A stretch of DNA of 19,251 bases from an uncultured Methanoregulaceae archaeon. Its GTDB lineage: Archaea > Halobacteriota > Methanomicrobia > Methanomicrobiales > Methanospirillaceae. Below, one piece after another: positions 18,144 through 19,251 of this stretch. The notes below the pieces were generated by a model. That model did no database searches and had not been told where the DNA came from. It was given only the letters and a program-made list of their open reading frames with translations. The stretch covers positions 1 to 19,251 of the forward strand of contig CAVTTL010000004.1 in the NCBI GenBank assembly GCA_963737635.1, read 5' to 3'. The stretch's first letter is position 1; each line of letters opens with the position of its first letter. The translations under genes and the position numbers were made by a program.

Positions 18144-18652
18144 TCAGCATGCGGTTTCCATACGGATAACCAGGGAACCCGTGAGAAGTCTTTATCGTTT
18201 GATGCAATATGGGAGATTTTATAGAATTGTGCATACGATGCAATATATGCATCTTTGGTGAATAACTGAAAGTTTCGGGAGATTGGGACCGAATCTCTCA
18301 CGATTTCCGGATTATCATGCAATATTGTACAATTAATTTTGAAAATACGCTGAATTTCCATCCATGTTTTGGATAATTCGTTCATAATCAGAGGATCACG
18401 TTTATAATGGGCGATACAATCGACGACGCTCGTTCCATAGCCCTTTTCCATCAATTCACTGATAATAAAATGATGGGTAATCTCCTGAATCACAACGGAG
18501 GGAATGAATCCCTGGATCTCTTCTCTCTCGACCCGGATTAAGAATGCAGTACATGACGGTTGAAACGCAGGATGATTAAGAGCCGTATACAGTATAATAT
18601 TTGTATCAATGATCACGTTTGTCCCGTCAGGGATTGATGAAAGTTCATTCAA
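18137..18652 (-). CDS. PIN-domain (VapC-like) toxin/ribonuclease
   Basis: VIIDTNII, VIQEI, TKDAYIA and IASNDKDF provide the acidic PIN tetrad. The likely start is TTG 18652, overlapping the antitoxin stop; the track start is 18679. Confidence 0.88.
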   Translation of the reverse strand: MNELSSIPDGTNVIIDTNIILYTALNHPAFQPSCTAFLIRVEREEIQGFIPSVVIQEITHHFIISELMEKGYGTSVVDCIAHYKRDPLIMNELSKTWMEIQRIFKINCTILHDNPEIVRDSVPISRNFQLFTKDAYIASYAQFYKISHIASNDKDFSRVPWLSVWKPHADR

Positions 18653-18827
18653 AGATATCCGACTCAATAATTTCTTCAATTGTCCGGGTATCCCTGATTC
18701 TGAACGCCCCTTGTAATTTTTTTATTTCCAGGTCCGGTAAAATTTTAAGTTCTACCTCCTCGCCTTCCTGTAGGTTGACTGGATCAATAAGATGGAACGT
18801 ATTATCCCGGTATACCGCTTTGACCAT
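18645..18827 (-). CDS. Antitoxin, AF2212/DUF104-like, 60 aa
   Basis: MVKAVYRDNTFHLIDPVNLQEGEEVELKI matches the (I/V)xAxYExGVFKPLxxVxLxEGEEVxI family pattern. It is a small gene directly upstream of, and overlapping, a PIN gene. Confidence 0.82.
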   Translation of the reverse strand: MVKAVYRDNTFHLIDPVNLQEGEEVELKILPDLEIKKLQGAFRIRDTRTIEEIIESDIFE

Positions 18828-18857
18828 GATTACTCGCCTTAAATTATAGTGCGCTTT

Positions 18858-18872
18858 CGGTTATATACAAAT
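18858..18872 (-). promoter_or_regulatory. Candidate archaeal TATA box for the TA operon
   Basis: The minus strand reads ...aatttgTATATAAccgaaagcgcactataatttaaggcgagtaatcATG, placing TATATAA about 35 nt upstream of the antitoxin start. Confidence 0.45.
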
Positions 18873-18895
18873 TGTGTAATTTCGGATTTGATGGG

Positions 18896-19047
18896 TTATT
18901 CTATCTGGGCCTTGTGGAACACCTTCAGTGGTGCATTTAGAGAATTGACAATCGCATCGCGGAGCGTATGATATGGTTCCTCGCGGCCGCCAAGTTTGTA
19001 TTGCTTGCTTAAGTGACTGACGCGGATGGCGGAGGGTTGGAAGACAT
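18896..19047 (-). pseudogene. Frameshifted, truncated wzt 5' remnant (~50 codons)
   Basis: Not in the ORF track. After correcting a 1-nt deletion near codon 6 it reads MSSNPxAIRVSHLSKQYKLGGREEPYHTLRDAIVNSLNAPLKVFHKAQIE*, clearly homologous to the Wzt N-termini at 12240 and 15750. The length of 152 nt equals 153 minus 1. Confidence 0.9.
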
Positions 19048-19110
19048 AAGGATGAGAGTTCCTGTGATTCTATAATGGTATGCGATAATGATGAATTAAA
19101 GTTTCATCTG
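19017..19110. repeat. ~94-bp direct repeat, copy B
   Basis: ctgacgcggatggcggagggttggaagacataaggatgagagttcctgtgattctataatggtatgcgataatgatgaattaaagtttcatctg; about 94% identical to 18049-18143. Confidence 0.95.
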
Positions 19111-19251
19111 CACGCAGGTTTGGGGATATTGAGGAATATATCCTCATCAATACCGCAAACCGATCTCCCCCGGTCTGTCAAGGTGCACTTTTTACAGACA
19201 TCGTATCTTCCCCGGGGGGAAAACGGCTCTTTAATACCCCCGTTTCCGGTA

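Noticed and set aside
105-18849. All plus-strand ORFs and the short nested minus-strand ORFs in the track (for example 105-449, 13810-14379, 16586-17032)
   Set aside because: They lie antisense to or inside well-supported genes and show no recognisable motifs, so they are treated as shadow ORFs.
18049-19110. Direct repeats interpreted as CRISPR repeats, IS ends or a target-site duplication
   Set aside because: There are only two ~95-bp copies about 968 bp apart, they include wzt coding sequence, and there are no terminal inverted repeats, transposase or cas genes.

Overview
The window is a 19.25-kb, entirely minus-strand cell-surface glycan biosynthesis and export locus. It probably comes from a methanogenic archaeon (Methanomicrobiales-like); this is inferred from the AF2212-type antitoxin, a TATA-like promoter and an archaeal-style Ugd ending in EGICW, not from a database result. 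In transcription order (right to left) it holds an antitoxin/PIN toxin pair, a WbpP-like epimerase and WbpO-like dehydrogenase, ugd, galU and a second epimerase, and a full-length wzt ABC ATPase. These are followed by three methyltransferase-fold genes, a GT11, an AsnB-like amidotransferase, a GT2, a fourth methyltransferase, a second AsnB-like gene, a GT4 and a partial RmlD-like reductase that the ORF track misses. The most unusual structure is that the 5' end of wzt occurs four times (starts at 19047, 18080, 15750 and 12240). Only the last copy is intact, and each broken copy heads a separate functional module. A ~95-bp direct repeat that includes the wzt start brackets the toxin-antitoxin pair. 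This suggests repeated module acquisition anchored on the wzt 5' end, with no integrase or transposase visible in the window.
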